From an uncultured Candidatus Saccharibacteria bacterium (GTDB lineage Bacteria > Patescibacteriota > Doudnabacteria > UBA920), in assembly GCA_964453405.1 (NCBI GenBank), contig CAYVOF010000001.1, forward strand, positions 1,531 to 65,530: DNA of 64,000 nucleotides, read 5' to 3'. The position numbers were made by a program, and so were the translations under genes. This document shows, piece after piece, positions 9,471-18,937 of the stretch. The first letter of the stretch is position 1; each line of letters starts with the position of its first letter. The notes under the pieces were generated by a model, which worked only from the letters and a program-made list of their open reading frames with translations, ran no database searches and was not told the origin of the DNA.

Positions 9471-10028
9471 ATGATTCAAGATATTATCAATCAACACAAA
9501 GAACAGTTCGAAAAATCGATCGAGCATTTTCATCATGAATTATCCAGCGTGCGTACTGGTCGCGCCAACCCGGCATTGCTTGCCACAGTTATGGTAGAAA
9601 GTTATGGAACCAAAGTGCCACTACAACAGGTTGCAAACATTACCGTTAGCGACGCCAAGACTCTGACTATTAGCCCATGGGACAAATCGCAAATTGGGGA
9701 AATCGAAAAAGGTATTCAAGTGGCTAATTTAGGATTTAATCCATCGAGCGATGGTCAAGTTGTACGAGTAAACTTACCAATGTTAACCGAAGATCGTCGT
9801 AAAGAAATGGTTAAGTTAGTTGGTCAGATGTCTGAGAATGCTCGCATTGCAATTCGTCAAGTCCGTGAAGAAATTATCAAAGCCAACAAAAAAGCTGAAA
9901 ACGACGGCGAGATTACCAAAGATGATGTCGCTGCCGCGCAAAAGAAAGTACAAGAAGTAGTTGATAAATATAATGATCAAATTAAAGATACTGCCGCAGA
10001 TAAAGAAAAAGAATTAATGACAGTGTAG
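9471..10028 (+). CDS. frr: Ribosome recycling factor
   Basis: Full-length RRF (185 aa) with LSSVRTGRANPALL and VNLPMLTEDRRKEMVK motifs. Confidence 0.9.
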   Translation: MIQDIINQHKEQFEKSIEHFHHELSSVRTGRANPALLATVMVESYGTKVPLQQVANITVSDAKTLTISPWDKSQIGEIEKGIQVANLGFNPSSDGQVVRVNLPMLTEDRRKEMVKLVGQMSENARIAIRQVREEIIKANKKAENDGEITKDDVAAAQKKVQEVVDKYNDQIKDTAADKEKELMTV

Positions 10029-10042
10029 GAATTAAATAAACT

Positions 10043-11239
10043 ATGATAATTACTATAATAATCACTCTTGTAATATTTTTCACAATCCTTAGTCTGCTCG
10101 TCTTTGTACACGAAGCTGGCCATTTTATTATGGCTCGTCGCGCCGGTATGGGTGTGCATGAATTTGGATTTGGGTTTCCGCCGCGCGTGGTAGGGATTCA
10201 AAAGCAGAACGGAAAGTGGCGCGTGGTGTGGGGTAAAAAGAAGGTTGATCCAGGTCACACGGTTTATTCTATTAATGCTTTTCCTCTTGGCGGCTTTGTA
10301 AAGATTATGGGTGAAGATGGTGAGGAAACTGAAATGGGTGACGGAGGATGGATTAAGGGTAAAGATGGCAAAGTCGATGGTTCTCAAAAAAGTTTTACTC
10401 ATAAATCTTTTTGGGCACGGTTTAGTGTTTTGTTTGCTGGCGTGGCTATGAATGTGATTACTGCCTGGGTGATTTTATCTGTTGGATTTATGATTGGGCT
10501 ACCGATCGCTGTTAATGCTTTAGATGAAGTTCCTCAAAACGCTAAATTTTCTAACCAACAAATTTTAATTGGCCAAGTAAAAGATGAAAGTCCGGCAGCT
10601 AAAGCTGGTTTGAAAGATAGTGACATCATTACTTCGGTGGATGGTCAAAAAATTACTGATATCACTCAACTCCAAGATTATATAAAAGCCCATCAAGGTC
10701 AAAAGATGAATTTTGTAGTACAGCGCATTAACGAAACTATTACTGCCGAAGTTGATACTTCTACTGTAACAGATCCATCCAAAGGAATTGTAGGAATTGG
10801 TTTAGCCTATTATGGCAAAATAAAATTTGGACCAGTGCAAGCTATTTGGCATGGCGCTCAAACTACCGTTAATCAATTACAAGCTATTGCAAATGGGATA
10901 ATTAAAATTTTTAGCACTAAAGAAGGAGTTAAGGGAGTTGGTGGGCCAATCAAGATCGCTCAACTTACAGGGCAGGTTGCTGACTTAGGTATTTTGCCGC
11001 TGCTTCAATTTACTGCGTTTTTATCGCTTAACCTAGCCATCTTAAATACTTTACCTTTCCCAGCTTTGGATGGCGGTCGCATGTTATTCTTAATTATCGA
11101 AAAACTTCGCGGCAAACCCAATAAACAATCTATCGAACAGTATGCCAACGCCATTGGGTTTGTGTTATTGTTACTGCTAATGGCGGTCATCACAGTACGT
11201 GACGTATCGCAACTTCAGGTTATTAAGAATTTATTTTAA
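10043..11239 (+). CDS. rseP: Site-2 protease / RIP zinc metalloprotease (M50) with PDZ domain
   Basis: HEAGHF zinc motif in the first TM segment, PDZ segment (GLKDSDIITSVDGQKI), and C-terminal LSLNLAILNTLPFPALDGG motif. Confidence 0.8.
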   Translation: MIITIIITLVIFFTILSLLVFVHEAGHFIMARRAGMGVHEFGFGFPPRVVGIQKQNGKWRVVWGKKKVDPGHTVYSINAFPLGGFVKIMGEDGEETEMGDGGWIKGKDGKVDGSQKSFTHKSFWARFSVLFAGVAMNVITAWVILSVGFMIGLPIAVNALDEVPQNAKFSNQQILIGQVKDESPAAKAGLKDSDIITSVDGQKITDITQLQDYIKAHQGQKMNFVVQRINETITAEVDTSTVTDPSKGIVGIGLAYYGKIKFGPVQAIWHGAQTTVNQLQAIANGIIKIFSTKEGVKGVGGPIKIAQLTGQVADLGILPLLQFTAFLSLNLAILNTLPFPALDGGRMLFLIIEKLRGKPNKQSIEQYANAIGFVLLLLLMAVITVRDVSQLQVIKNLF

Positions 11240-11248
11240 AGGAGTTTC

Positions 11249-12511
11249 ATGAAACAGTCACAATATTTTTTAAAAACTTCCAAAACAGTTTTCAAAGATG
11301 ACGTTTCTATTAACGCACGCTTATTAGAGCAGGGTGGTTTTGTGCAAAAGGTTATGGCCGGGGTGTACTCATATTTGCCTTTGGGTGTGCGGGTTTTGCA
11401 AAAAATTGAGAATATCATCCGCGAAGAAATGAATACTATCGGCGCTAACGAAATATTAATGCCTTCACTTCAGCCATCTAAAAATTGGGTTACTACGGGT
11501 CGCTGGGATACATTAGATGTTTTGTTTAAACTAGGCTCTCGTCATCCTAATAACGGTGATCCTCTACCGGCATCATATAGTTATGCATTAGGACCAACGC
11601 ATGAAGAAATCGTCACTCCGATGGCGAAAAGTATTATTTCGTCTTACCGAGATTTGCCCTTGGCTGTTTATCAGATTCAAACTAAGTTTCGTGATGAAGC
11701 TCGGGCAAAGTCTGGTTTAATGCGCGGCCGCGAATTTAGAATGAAAGATTTATATAGCTTTCATGCTTCCGAAGAAGATTTAGCAAAATATTACAAAGTT
11801 GTAGCTGGAGCTTATAAAAAGATTTTTGAAAGATTAGGTATACCAGCTTTGTATGTTGAAGCCTCTGGTGGAACGTTTGCTAAATATTCTCATGAGTTTC
11901 AAGTTGAAACAGAAAGCGGCGAGGATACAATTTATGTCTGTAATAATTGTAGCTTAGCTGTTAATAAAGAAATTTTTGACGACAAAAAGATTTGTACAGA
12001 TTGTGGCAAACAGGATTATCGCGAAACTAAGGCTAGCGAAGTAGGAAATATTTTTGAGCTTAAAACTAAATTCTCTGATAGTTTTAATTTAAAGTTCACT
12101 GCCGAAGACGGATCTTTGCAGTCTGTAATCATGGGTTGTTATGGAATTGGTCCATCACGGTGTATGGGCGTAATAGTAGAGCAGAGTAATGACGAAAACG
12201 GAATCATTTGGCCAGAAAGTGTCGCTCCCTTTATGGTTCATTTGATTGCTATTGCTGGTAAGGATCCAGCAGTTACTACCGCGGCTGATAAACTTTACAC
12301 AGATCTACAAGCTGCTAACATCGAAGTTTTATACGATGATCGGGATATGAGCGCAGGCGCAAAATTTGCAGACAGCGATTTGATTGGTATTCCTAATCGA
12401 ATAGTAGTCTCTAGCAAGACTCTGGCGGAAAATAGCGTGGAATTAAAAAAGCGAACCGAATCAGAATCCGGATTAGTTTCAATAGGTGAGATCATTACAA
12501 GATTGAAATAA
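11249..12511 (+). CDS. proS: Proline--tRNA ligase (short form without INS editing domain)
   Basis: Class II motifs (FRDEARAKSGLMRGREF, GCYGIGPSR) and a C-terminal anticodon-binding domain. It has an unusual CNNC...CTDC Cys4 insertion. Confidence 0.8.
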   Translation: MKQSQYFLKTSKTVFKDDVSINARLLEQGGFVQKVMAGVYSYLPLGVRVLQKIENIIREEMNTIGANEILMPSLQPSKNWVTTGRWDTLDVLFKLGSRHPNNGDPLPASYSYALGPTHEEIVTPMAKSIISSYRDLPLAVYQIQTKFRDEARAKSGLMRGREFRMKDLYSFHASEEDLAKYYKVVAGAYKKIFERLGIPALYVEASGGTFAKYSHEFQVETESGEDTIYVCNNCSLAVNKEIFDDKKICTDCGKQDYRETKASEVGNIFELKTKFSDSFNLKFTAEDGSLQSVIMGCYGIGPSRCMGVIVEQSNDENGIIWPESVAPFMVHLIAIAGKDPAVTTAADKLYTDLQAANIEVLYDDRDMSAGAKFADSDLIGIPNRIVVSSKTLAENSVELKKRTESESGLVSIGEIITRLK

Positions 12512-12540
12512 AAAAAGGCCAGCAGTTTGCTGGCTTTTTT
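12512..12540. terminator. Bidirectional rho-independent terminator between proS and the minus-strand orphan gene
   Basis: GCCAGCA-gtt-TGCTGGC hairpin flanked by an A-run upstream and a T-run downstream. Confidence 0.6.
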
Positions 12541-12552
12541 AATATCATAATT

Positions 12553-12843
12553 TTATATTTCGTTGTCGATAACAGCTAACCTGACATAACTTCGTCTCTC
12601 AATCATTCGGTAGGGATACCCTTTGAATGAGCGAAAAATGTTGTTAAAAGTTTCCATCATTGCGTATCCGCTGGTGAACCTAGATTTAAGAATTGTCATT
12701 ACTTGATAATAAGACATTTTTTTCTCTTTGCTTTTCCAGATACCCATAATGACTTGACTCTCTTTTTCACCCCAAGGAAGTTTTTTAATCTTATGCCAAT
12801 CAGCCTTTGTCAGAACAAGAGAAATTATTTTTGATCTACCCAT
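12553..12843 (-). CDS. Small hypothetical protein (96 aa) with an HTH-like segment. It is an antisense-oriented orphan between proS and mreB.
   Basis: ORF with a basic N-terminus and a putative helix-turn-helix (KKMSYYQVMTILKSR). No family assignment possible. Confidence 0.3.
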   Translation of the reverse strand: MGRSKIISLVLTKADWHKIKKLPWGEKESQVIMGIWKSKEKKMSYYQVMTILKSRFTSGYAMMETFNNIFRSFKGYPYRMIERRSYVRLAVIDNEI

Positions 12844-12919
12844 ACATCCTCCCTAAAATTCTCTATAACTACTGTATTAGTCAAAGTACCACATTTATAA
12901 TGTATAGGCAAGAGTCCTG

Positions 12920-12948
12920 TTTACACCTCCCCAAAACCACGCTAATAT
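12920..12948 (+). promoter_or_regulatory. Sigma70-like promoter for mreB, placed for a leaderless transcript
   Basis: TTTACA at 12920-12925, 17-nt spacer, TAATAT at 12943-12948. The mreB ATG lies only 6 nt downstream at 12955. Confidence 0.45.
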
Positions 12949-12954
12949 ACATGT

Positions 12955-14007
12955 ATGTTTGACGCAATATTTAAACGATTTTCGCAAGATCTAGGGATAG
13001 ATCTAGGAACCGCGAATACCCTCGTCTATGTTAAAGGCAAGGGTATTGTTATCAATGAGCCTTCTGTGGTGGCGATAAACCAGAGAACTAAGCAGATTTT
13101 GGCTATTGGTACCGAAGCCCAGCGTATGGTGGGCCGTACTCCGACGCACATTGTCGCAACCCGCCCATTAGTAGATGGGGTAGTTTCGGATTTCGAAATT
13201 ACCGAAGCCATGCTTCGCTATTTTATCGACAAAGTTCACAATCAAACTTATTCGTTTTTGCGCCGTCCGCGAGTGGTCATTGGTATTCCGTCGGGTGTGA
13301 CAGAAGTTGAAAAGCGCGCGGTTCAAGACGCAGCGATAAACGCTGGCGCACGGGAAGCCTTCCTTATAGAAGAACCAATGGCGGCCAGTATCGGCGCGCG
13401 CCTTCCTGTTCAGGATGCAACTGGTTCAATGATAATTGATATCGGCGGTGGTACAACCGAAATCGCTGTGTTATCTCTTGGTGGCGTTGTTATCGCTCGC
13501 AGTCTGCGAGTTGCTGGTGATGTGATGAATGAACACATCGTGCAGTACGCGCGTGATAATTTTGGTATGCTTATCGGCTCACGCACAGCCGAAGATTTAA
13601 AAATCAAAATTGGTTCTTGCTATCCGCTTGCCGAACCTCTTACTAGCCAGATGCGTGGCCGTGATTTAGTTTCGGGTTTGCCTAAAGAAATCATGATCAG
13701 CGATAGTCATATTCGCGAAGCGTTAACTCCTTCAATTAAATCTATCGTTAACAACGTTAAAGCAGTTATCGAAGAAATTCCACCAGAAATTATTTCTGAC
13801 ATTATGCATCGAGGAATCATCCTTGCTGGTGGCGGTGCTTTATTGCGCGGTTTGGATCATCTACTTCATGACGAAACAAAAATGCCTGTCACAATAGCTG
13901 ATGATCCACTAACTTGTGTGGCTCGCGGCTGCGGTATTGTAGTTGAAGAATTGGAAGCTCTTCATGATGTATTACTTCCTACAGATTTTTCCCGTATTCC
14001 TCGTTAA
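12955..14007 (+). CDS. mreB: Rod shape-determining actin homologue MreB
   Basis: DLGIDLGTANTLVYVKGKGIVINEPSVVAI and GGGTTEIAVLSLGGVV actin-fold motifs. Length 350 aa. Confidence 0.9.
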   Translation: MFDAIFKRFSQDLGIDLGTANTLVYVKGKGIVINEPSVVAINQRTKQILAIGTEAQRMVGRTPTHIVATRPLVDGVVSDFEITEAMLRYFIDKVHNQTYSFLRRPRVVIGIPSGVTEVEKRAVQDAAINAGAREAFLIEEPMAASIGARLPVQDATGSMIIDIGGGTTEIAVLSLGGVVIARSLRVAGDVMNEHIVQYARDNFGMLIGSRTAEDLKIKIGSCYPLAEPLTSQMRGRDLVSGLPKEIMISDSHIREALTPSIKSIVNNVKAVIEEIPPEIISDIMHRGIILAGGGALLRGLDHLLHDETKMPVTIADDPLTCVARGCGIVVEELEALHDVLLPTDFSRIPR

Positions 14008-14120
14008 GGATTAATTTTTATATTTATATGATGGGAAGTGTCATGTAAGGAAACTATCTGAGCACAGCTTTCCGTTCACGAAGTGAACGAAGAAAGCGTA
14101 GCGAAGCTTGTTGACGAATG
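14003..14120 (+). ncRNA. Intergenic nested-palindrome structured element (candidate small RNA or attenuator) between mreB and mreC
   Basis: Outer inverted repeat TTAAGGAT...ATCCTTAA. Inner perfect 17-nt inverted repeat ATGATGGGAAGTGTCAT / ATGACACTTCCCATCAT enclosing about 72 nt. Central 7-bp hairpin CGTTCAC-gaa-GTGAACG. Confidence 0.4.
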
Positions 14121-14149
14121 ACACTTCCCATCATCCTTAAAAATAAAAA

Positions 14150-14947
14150 ATGAGATTTATATATACTAAAACATTCTTAATATTCGCCGGTGTTCTAGTT
14201 GCAGTGGTAATAGCACTTTTTCTTCAGGTCAACGGTTGGCTGGGCGGTATTCAGTATTTATTTGCCCAGGCACCAAAACCTGTGGCTAATATTGTGTCTA
14301 CAATTTTTAGGCCTGTGACAACTGTTATAAGCACACTAAGTTCATTACGAGGAGTGGTTCAAGAAAATAACCAATTAAAAACCGAATTAACAGATTTACG
14401 TCAAAAGCAAGTGGTTACAGAGCAGTTGAAAATTGAAAACGAATTGCTAAAAAATGAATTAGGCTTTAAATCCAAATCTCCTTATAACTTACAGCCGTGT
14501 ACAATTTTATCGCGCGACACTCAAGAGACTACTGATGCGCTAATTTTAAGTTGCGGTTTAAATGACGGAGTAGCGATTGGTCAGCCGGTGATTAGTCAAG
14601 GTTATTTAGTGGCAAAAGTTGTTTATGTGGGTAGTTTAAGCTCGACTGCCGTCTTAATTACCAATAGTCAGACTTCTGTGGATGCTAAGGCTTCTAAAAA
14701 TAATACCGAGGGGGTGCTTAAAGGTTCATTTGGTTCAGGATTAGTTTTTGACTTAGTTTCTCAAAGCGCTGATATTGCACCTGGAGATCTAGTTGTAACA
14801 GCTGGGATCGATCCACAAATTCCTAAAAATATTTTAATTGGTACAATAGGGCAGCAACTTTCTGGTCCAAACGATTTATTCAAAAAATTAACTTTAGTGT
14901 CACCGATTAAAGCTCATCAACTGGATTATGTATTTGTAGTAAAATAA
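14150..14947 (+). CDS. mreC: Rod shape-determining protein MreC
   Basis: N-terminal TM helix, coiled-coil (ENNQLKTELTDLRQKQVVTEQLKIENELLKNEL), then a beta-rich domain. It follows mreB. Confidence 0.75.
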   Translation: MRFIYTKTFLIFAGVLVAVVIALFLQVNGWLGGIQYLFAQAPKPVANIVSTIFRPVTTVISTLSSLRGVVQENNQLKTELTDLRQKQVVTEQLKIENELLKNELGFKSKSPYNLQPCTILSRDTQETTDALILSCGLNDGVAIGQPVISQGYLVAKVVYVGSLSSTAVLITNSQTSVDAKASKNNTEGVLKGSFGSGLVFDLVSQSADIAPGDLVVTAGIDPQIPKNILIGTIGQQLSGPNDLFKKLTLVSPIKAHQLDYVFVVK

Positions 14948-14951
14948 TTTT

Positions 14952-15497
14952 ATGAAGTGGATCGTCTATATAGTAATTATATTAGTAGTAGTGATCATTG
15001 ATCAGAGTTTGTTCAATGTTTTTCATTTAGGCCGCTATACACCTGATTTGCTTCTGTTATTTATCTTAGCCACTGTATGGTCCTTTAATAATTATGACTT
15101 TTTAATATTTGCGGTACTCGGTGGATTTTGGTTAGAAACCTTATCTGGCCTGCCAGTTGGCAGTTTGATTCTCGGCCTGATCATTACTGGTAGTTTGGCT
15201 TATGTATTAATTAATAGATGGCTATTTTCCGAAAAGCCATGGCAGTATTTTTTTGGAGCTATGGTGATTGGTACTATATTAGTTCATGTCTGGATGTGGC
15301 TTTACACGAGTGTGTTAGCTATGTTTGGCTGGAGCCATGTTACTATTAGTGGGCAAGGAATGCTCCGTGGATTAATCCCGGCCTTGTTAATTAATATCGT
15401 GTTTACTTATCCAATTTTAATTGTTATTGAATCTTTGGCCAAAATTACTCAGCGTTCCGGCGGTGGAGTTGGTGGTCAGTCAATTTATAAACTTTAA
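14952..15497 (+). CDS. mreD: Rod shape-determining protein MreD (polytopic membrane protein)
   Basis: 181-aa protein with five predicted TM segments, in the canonical position between mreC and PBP2. Confidence 0.55.
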   Translation: MKWIVYIVIILVVVIIDQSLFNVFHLGRYTPDLLLLFILATVWSFNNYDFLIFAVLGGFWLETLSGLPVGSLILGLIITGSLAYVLINRWLFSEKPWQYFFGAMVIGTILVHVWMWLYTSVLAMFGWSHVTISGQGMLRGLIPALLINIVFTYPILIVIESLAKITQRSGGGVGGQSIYKL

Positions 15498-15506
15498 GCT
15501 TTAAAT

Positions 15507-17486
15507 ATGCGTCAATCTCGTTTTAATCCATTTTCTACAACGCGATCATCAGATTCGGCCTCAGGCCAAGTTAAATCTGGGCTTGGTTTGGAGTGGGAAG
15601 AAGGTGTTAGTGGGCAAGCAACGCAGGTGCAGGCTTTTGATGAAGATTCTCGCGTAGAACGAAAAATAAAGTGGCCAAAGTGGTTATTATTAGCTGCTTG
15701 TATTATTTTAGGAGGTCAGCTATTTAACTTGCAGGTTATGCAAGGCAGTAATCTTCGCGCTTTAGCCGAAGGTAATCGTTTGCGTTTACAAACTATTTTA
15801 GCGCCGCGCGGCTTTATTCAGGATCGCAATGGCGAAACAATTGCTAAAAATACTGCCAGCTTTAACTTAGCTGTGACGCCGGTGGATTTACCGAAAGACA
15901 ACCGTAGTGAAACTTTTGAACTTATTTCCCAAAAATTTGGCGTACCGAGCAGCGAGATAGAAGCTAAATTAAAATCTGCTATTGGCGGCGTACTTGAGCC
16001 GATTATTATTAAGCGCAATATTACTCAGCAAGAAAGTATTCAGTTTGAAGTGTTAAAAAATAAATTGCCAGGGTTTTCTTTAGTTAACATTCCGGTTCGC
16101 GATTATGTATCGCCAGAAGTATTTTCACATTTACTTGGCTATACCGGAATAATTTCTGACGAGCAATATAAATCTCTAAAATCCGAAGATTACGGCCTCA
16201 ATGATTTTATCGGCAAGTCTGGTATTGAACAATCTTACGAAAAATATATCCGCGGTGTTAACGGTAATAAGCAGGTGGAAGTTGATAGCTCAGGTTTGCC
16301 TATCAAAGAGTTAGGTGAAGCTCAACCGCAACCGGGGAATATCGTTCAGTTAAATATTGACGCAGGTTTGCAAAAAAAGTTGTATGACGATTTTACTGCC
16401 AGCTCGGTGGGAAACAAAGGTGCGGCTGTGGCAATTAATCCAAAAACTGGTGAAGTATTGGCTTTGGTTTCGGTGCCAGGATTTAACAATAATTTATTCG
16501 CACCTGGAATTAAAACCGATGATTATAATGCGCTGGTTAATAATAAATATTTGCCGCTGTTTAATCGTGCGGTCAGCGGGACTTATCCGCCAGGTTCAAC
16601 TATTAAACCAGTTGGCGCAGCTGCGGTATTGCAAGAGAGAATTGTTACGCCTGATACAGTAGTTAATGATAATGGCGTGCTGGTGATTCCGAATCAGTTT
16701 GATCCAAGCGTGTCGTATAATTTTTATGGCTGGAAGCGCGACGGTTTGGGTGCTATGAATGTGCGTTCGGCAATTGCGCAAAGTAGCGATATTTATTTTT
16801 ATACTGTGGCTGGTGGTCACCCTAATTCGAAGATAAAAGGAATTGGTGCCGATAAGTTAGCTGAATATTACAGAAAATTTGGTATGGGTGCATTAACCGG
16901 AATTGATATTAATGGAGAAAAAACTGGCCGTGTAGCTGATCCAGCTTGGAAAGCAGCTTATTACAAAGATGATGCTTTGCTCGGTAAGTGGTATTTGGGA
17001 GACACTTATCATATCGCTATTGGGCAAGGAGATATTTTAGCAACTCCATTACAAGTGGCTGTATGGACCGCTGCAATTGCAAATAATGGCGTGTTAAATC
17101 GTCCGCATTTATTGAAACAAGTTTTGGATCAATCAGGTAAAACTATTTTTACGCCGCAAGTTCAAACGTTAATTAATACGGGGATAAGTTTAGAAAATCT
17201 TAAAGTTGTTCAAGAAGGTATGCGAGATAACGTAACTACTGCCAAGGGTAGTGGTCGCAGTTTGGCGAACTTGCCGATTACTGCAGCTGGTAAAACTGGG
17301 ACCTCTCAGTTTGACGGTTCTGATCCAAGTCGTACTCATGCTTGGTATACAGCTTATGCACCATACGAAGATCCTCAAATCGTGATCACAGTTTTGGTAG
17401 AAGCCGGTGGAGAAGGTCATGCTGCATCTGTACCGATTGTTAAAAATGCTTTGGACTGGTGGGCAAAGAACAGGATGGGAAAATGA
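15507..17486 (+). CDS. mrdA: Penicillin-binding protein 2 (elongasome class B transpeptidase)
   Basis: N-terminal TM helix, dimerisation domain, and transpeptidase motifs (GSTIKP as SxxK, and KTGT). It is encoded with mreBCD. Confidence 0.85.
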   Translation: MRQSRFNPFSTTRSSDSASGQVKSGLGLEWEEGVSGQATQVQAFDEDSRVERKIKWPKWLLLAACIILGGQLFNLQVMQGSNLRALAEGNRLRLQTILAPRGFIQDRNGETIAKNTASFNLAVTPVDLPKDNRSETFELISQKFGVPSSEIEAKLKSAIGGVLEPIIIKRNITQQESIQFEVLKNKLPGFSLVNIPVRDYVSPEVFSHLLGYTGIISDEQYKSLKSEDYGLNDFIGKSGIEQSYEKYIRGVNGNKQVEVDSSGLPIKELGEAQPQPGNIVQLNIDAGLQKKLYDDFTASSVGNKGAAVAINPKTGEVLALVSVPGFNNNLFAPGIKTDDYNALVNNKYLPLFNRAVSGTYPPGSTIKPVGAAAVLQERIVTPDTVVNDNGVLVIPNQFDPSVSYNFYGWKRDGLGAMNVRSAIAQSSDIYFYTVAGGHPNSKIKGIGADKLAEYYRKFGMGALTGIDINGEKTGRVADPAWKAAYYKDDALLGKWYLGDTYHIAIGQGDILATPLQVAVWTAAIANNGVLNRPHLLKQVLDQSGKTIFTPQVQTLINTGISLENLKVVQEGMRDNVTTAKGSGRSLANLPITAAGKTGTSQFDGSDPSRTHAWYTAYAPYEDPQIVITVLVEAGGEGHAASVPIVKNALDWWAKNRMGK

Positions 17487-18340
17487 TTATAGATGGACGC
17501 GCTTTAGCGCAAGAATTAAATTTACAGACTCAATCTCGGGTTAATCAGTTGTCGGTTCGACCGTTGCTGATTGATGTAGTAGTTGGTAATGATCCGGCGT
17601 CTTTATCGTATGTTGGAATAAAAGAACGAACTGCTAAAAAGTATGGACTGGCTTTTGAGTCAAAATATTTGCCCGAGCTTAGTACTACCGAAGATGTTGT
17701 TAAAGTTATTGAAGAATTAATTGAACGACCTGAGCTAACAGGTTTAATTGTTCAATTACCTTTGCCAAAACATTTAGATCAGCAAAAAATTGTCGAAGCG
17801 ATTCCAGAGAATGTTGATGTGGATTTGTTAAATCCTCAATCAGTGGAAAAGTTTTATAACGGTGACGTTATAGATGATTCTCAGCTCATACCCCCGACTG
17901 CGGCGGCAATTCTGCACATAATAGATTCATTGCCCGAGCCTTGGCCGCAAAAAAAGTTTTTAGTTGTCGGCCGCGGCGAGCTAGTCGGAAAACCAATCAC
18001 GCATTTGCTTCGCCAGCGCGGTTACAACGTTGATGTTGCGCATACACAAACTCCAAACACAGCTCAATTGTTATCCAATGCCGATTGTATAATTTCTGGA
18101 GTAGGGAAACCTAACTTTATTACCGGCGATCAAATCAAAGATGATGTAATTATTATTGATGCAGGTACTTCGGAAGCGCCAGACATGCCAGCTGGTGGCA
18201 CAATTGTTGGAGATGTAGACTTCGCTTCTTGCGAACCTAAAGCAAAGTACATTACGCCTGTTCCTAGGGGTGTTGGACCACTTACAGTAGCCAAGCTCTT
18301 GGAAAATGTTGTAAAGGTGGCTGAGTTAAGCCAAAAATAA
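17483..18340 (+). CDS. folD: Bifunctional methylenetetrahydrofolate dehydrogenase / methenyl-THF cyclohydrolase
   Basis: MIIDGRALAQEL...DVVVGNDPASLSYVGIKERTAKKYG. The ATG at 17483 overlaps the PBP2 TGA stop (ATGA). The ORF-track start at 17459 is an in-frame extension. Confidence 0.85.
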   Translation: MIIDGRALAQELNLQTQSRVNQLSVRPLLIDVVVGNDPASLSYVGIKERTAKKYGLAFESKYLPELSTTEDVVKVIEELIERPELTGLIVQLPLPKHLDQQKIVEAIPENVDVDLLNPQSVEKFYNGDVIDDSQLIPPTAAAILHIIDSLPEPWPQKKFLVVGRGELVGKPITHLLRQRGYNVDVAHTQTPNTAQLLSNADCIISGVGKPNFITGDQIKDDVIIIDAGTSEAPDMPAGGTIVGDVDFASCEPKAKYITPVPRGVGPLTVAKLLENVVKVAELSQK

Positions 18341-18371
18341 TTTTCTGTTTATTGGTTTCCCACAGCCTTGG

Positions 18372-18400
18372 TTGACATCCTTTCGATAAAAATGTAAACT
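18372..18400 (+). promoter_or_regulatory. Putative promoter for greA (TTGACA-17-TAAACT)
   Basis: Consensus -35 TTGACA with a degenerate -10 at the correct spacing upstream of greA. Confidence 0.3.
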
Positions 18401-18435
18401 AAGCGAAGTTAAGTCCATTATTTCCTAAAATTTAT

Positions 18436-18897
18436 ATGTCTAAAAAATATCTATTGACCCAAGAGGGTCTTGTTAAATTAAATGATGAGTTAAAAGTTTT
18501 GATTACAGAAAAGCGTAAAGATGTAATCGAACGTATTCGCGAAGCTGCTGCTCACGGTGATCTTTCTGAGAACGCTGACTACGCGCAAGCCCGCGAAGAA
18601 CAGAGCTTTATCGAAGGCCGTATTCAAGAAATTGAAGACATGATCAAGAACGCGGAAATCATCACACATTCTACTCAAACAAATAATGTAAGTATTGGTT
18701 CGACCGTAGTTGTAAAAGTTGATGGCGCCGAACGAACTTACTCAATTGTGGGAAGCAACGAAGCTAATCCTGGCGCTGGAAAAATTTCTAACGAATCCAC
18801 AGTAGGTAAAGCCTTGCTTGGTAAAAAAGTAGGCGACAAAGTTACAGTGAGCACAGCAGCCGGCGACAAAGAATACGAAGTCGCATCAATAAATTAA
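18436..18897 (+). CDS. greA: Transcription elongation factor GreA
   Basis: N-terminal coiled-coil (LTQEGLVKLNDELKVL...HGDLSENADYAQAREEQSFIEGRIQEIE) plus the C-terminal FKBP-like domain. Confidence 0.9.
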   Translation: MSKKYLLTQEGLVKLNDELKVLITEKRKDVIERIREAAAHGDLSENADYAQAREEQSFIEGRIQEIEDMIKNAEIITHSTQTNNVSIGSTVVVKVDGAERTYSIVGSNEANPGAGKISNESTVGKALLGKKVGDKVTVSTAAGDKEYEVASIN

Positions 18898-18908
18898 ATA
18901 TAAAAAAG

Positions 18909-18937
18909 AGCCGAACGTTAAAGCGTCCGGCTTTTTG
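18909..18937. terminator. Bidirectional terminator shared by greA (+) and the 18938-19429 gene (-)
   Basis: AGCCGAACG-ttaaag-CGTCCGGCT hairpin (one mismatch) with an A-run upstream and a T-run downstream. Confidence 0.6.
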
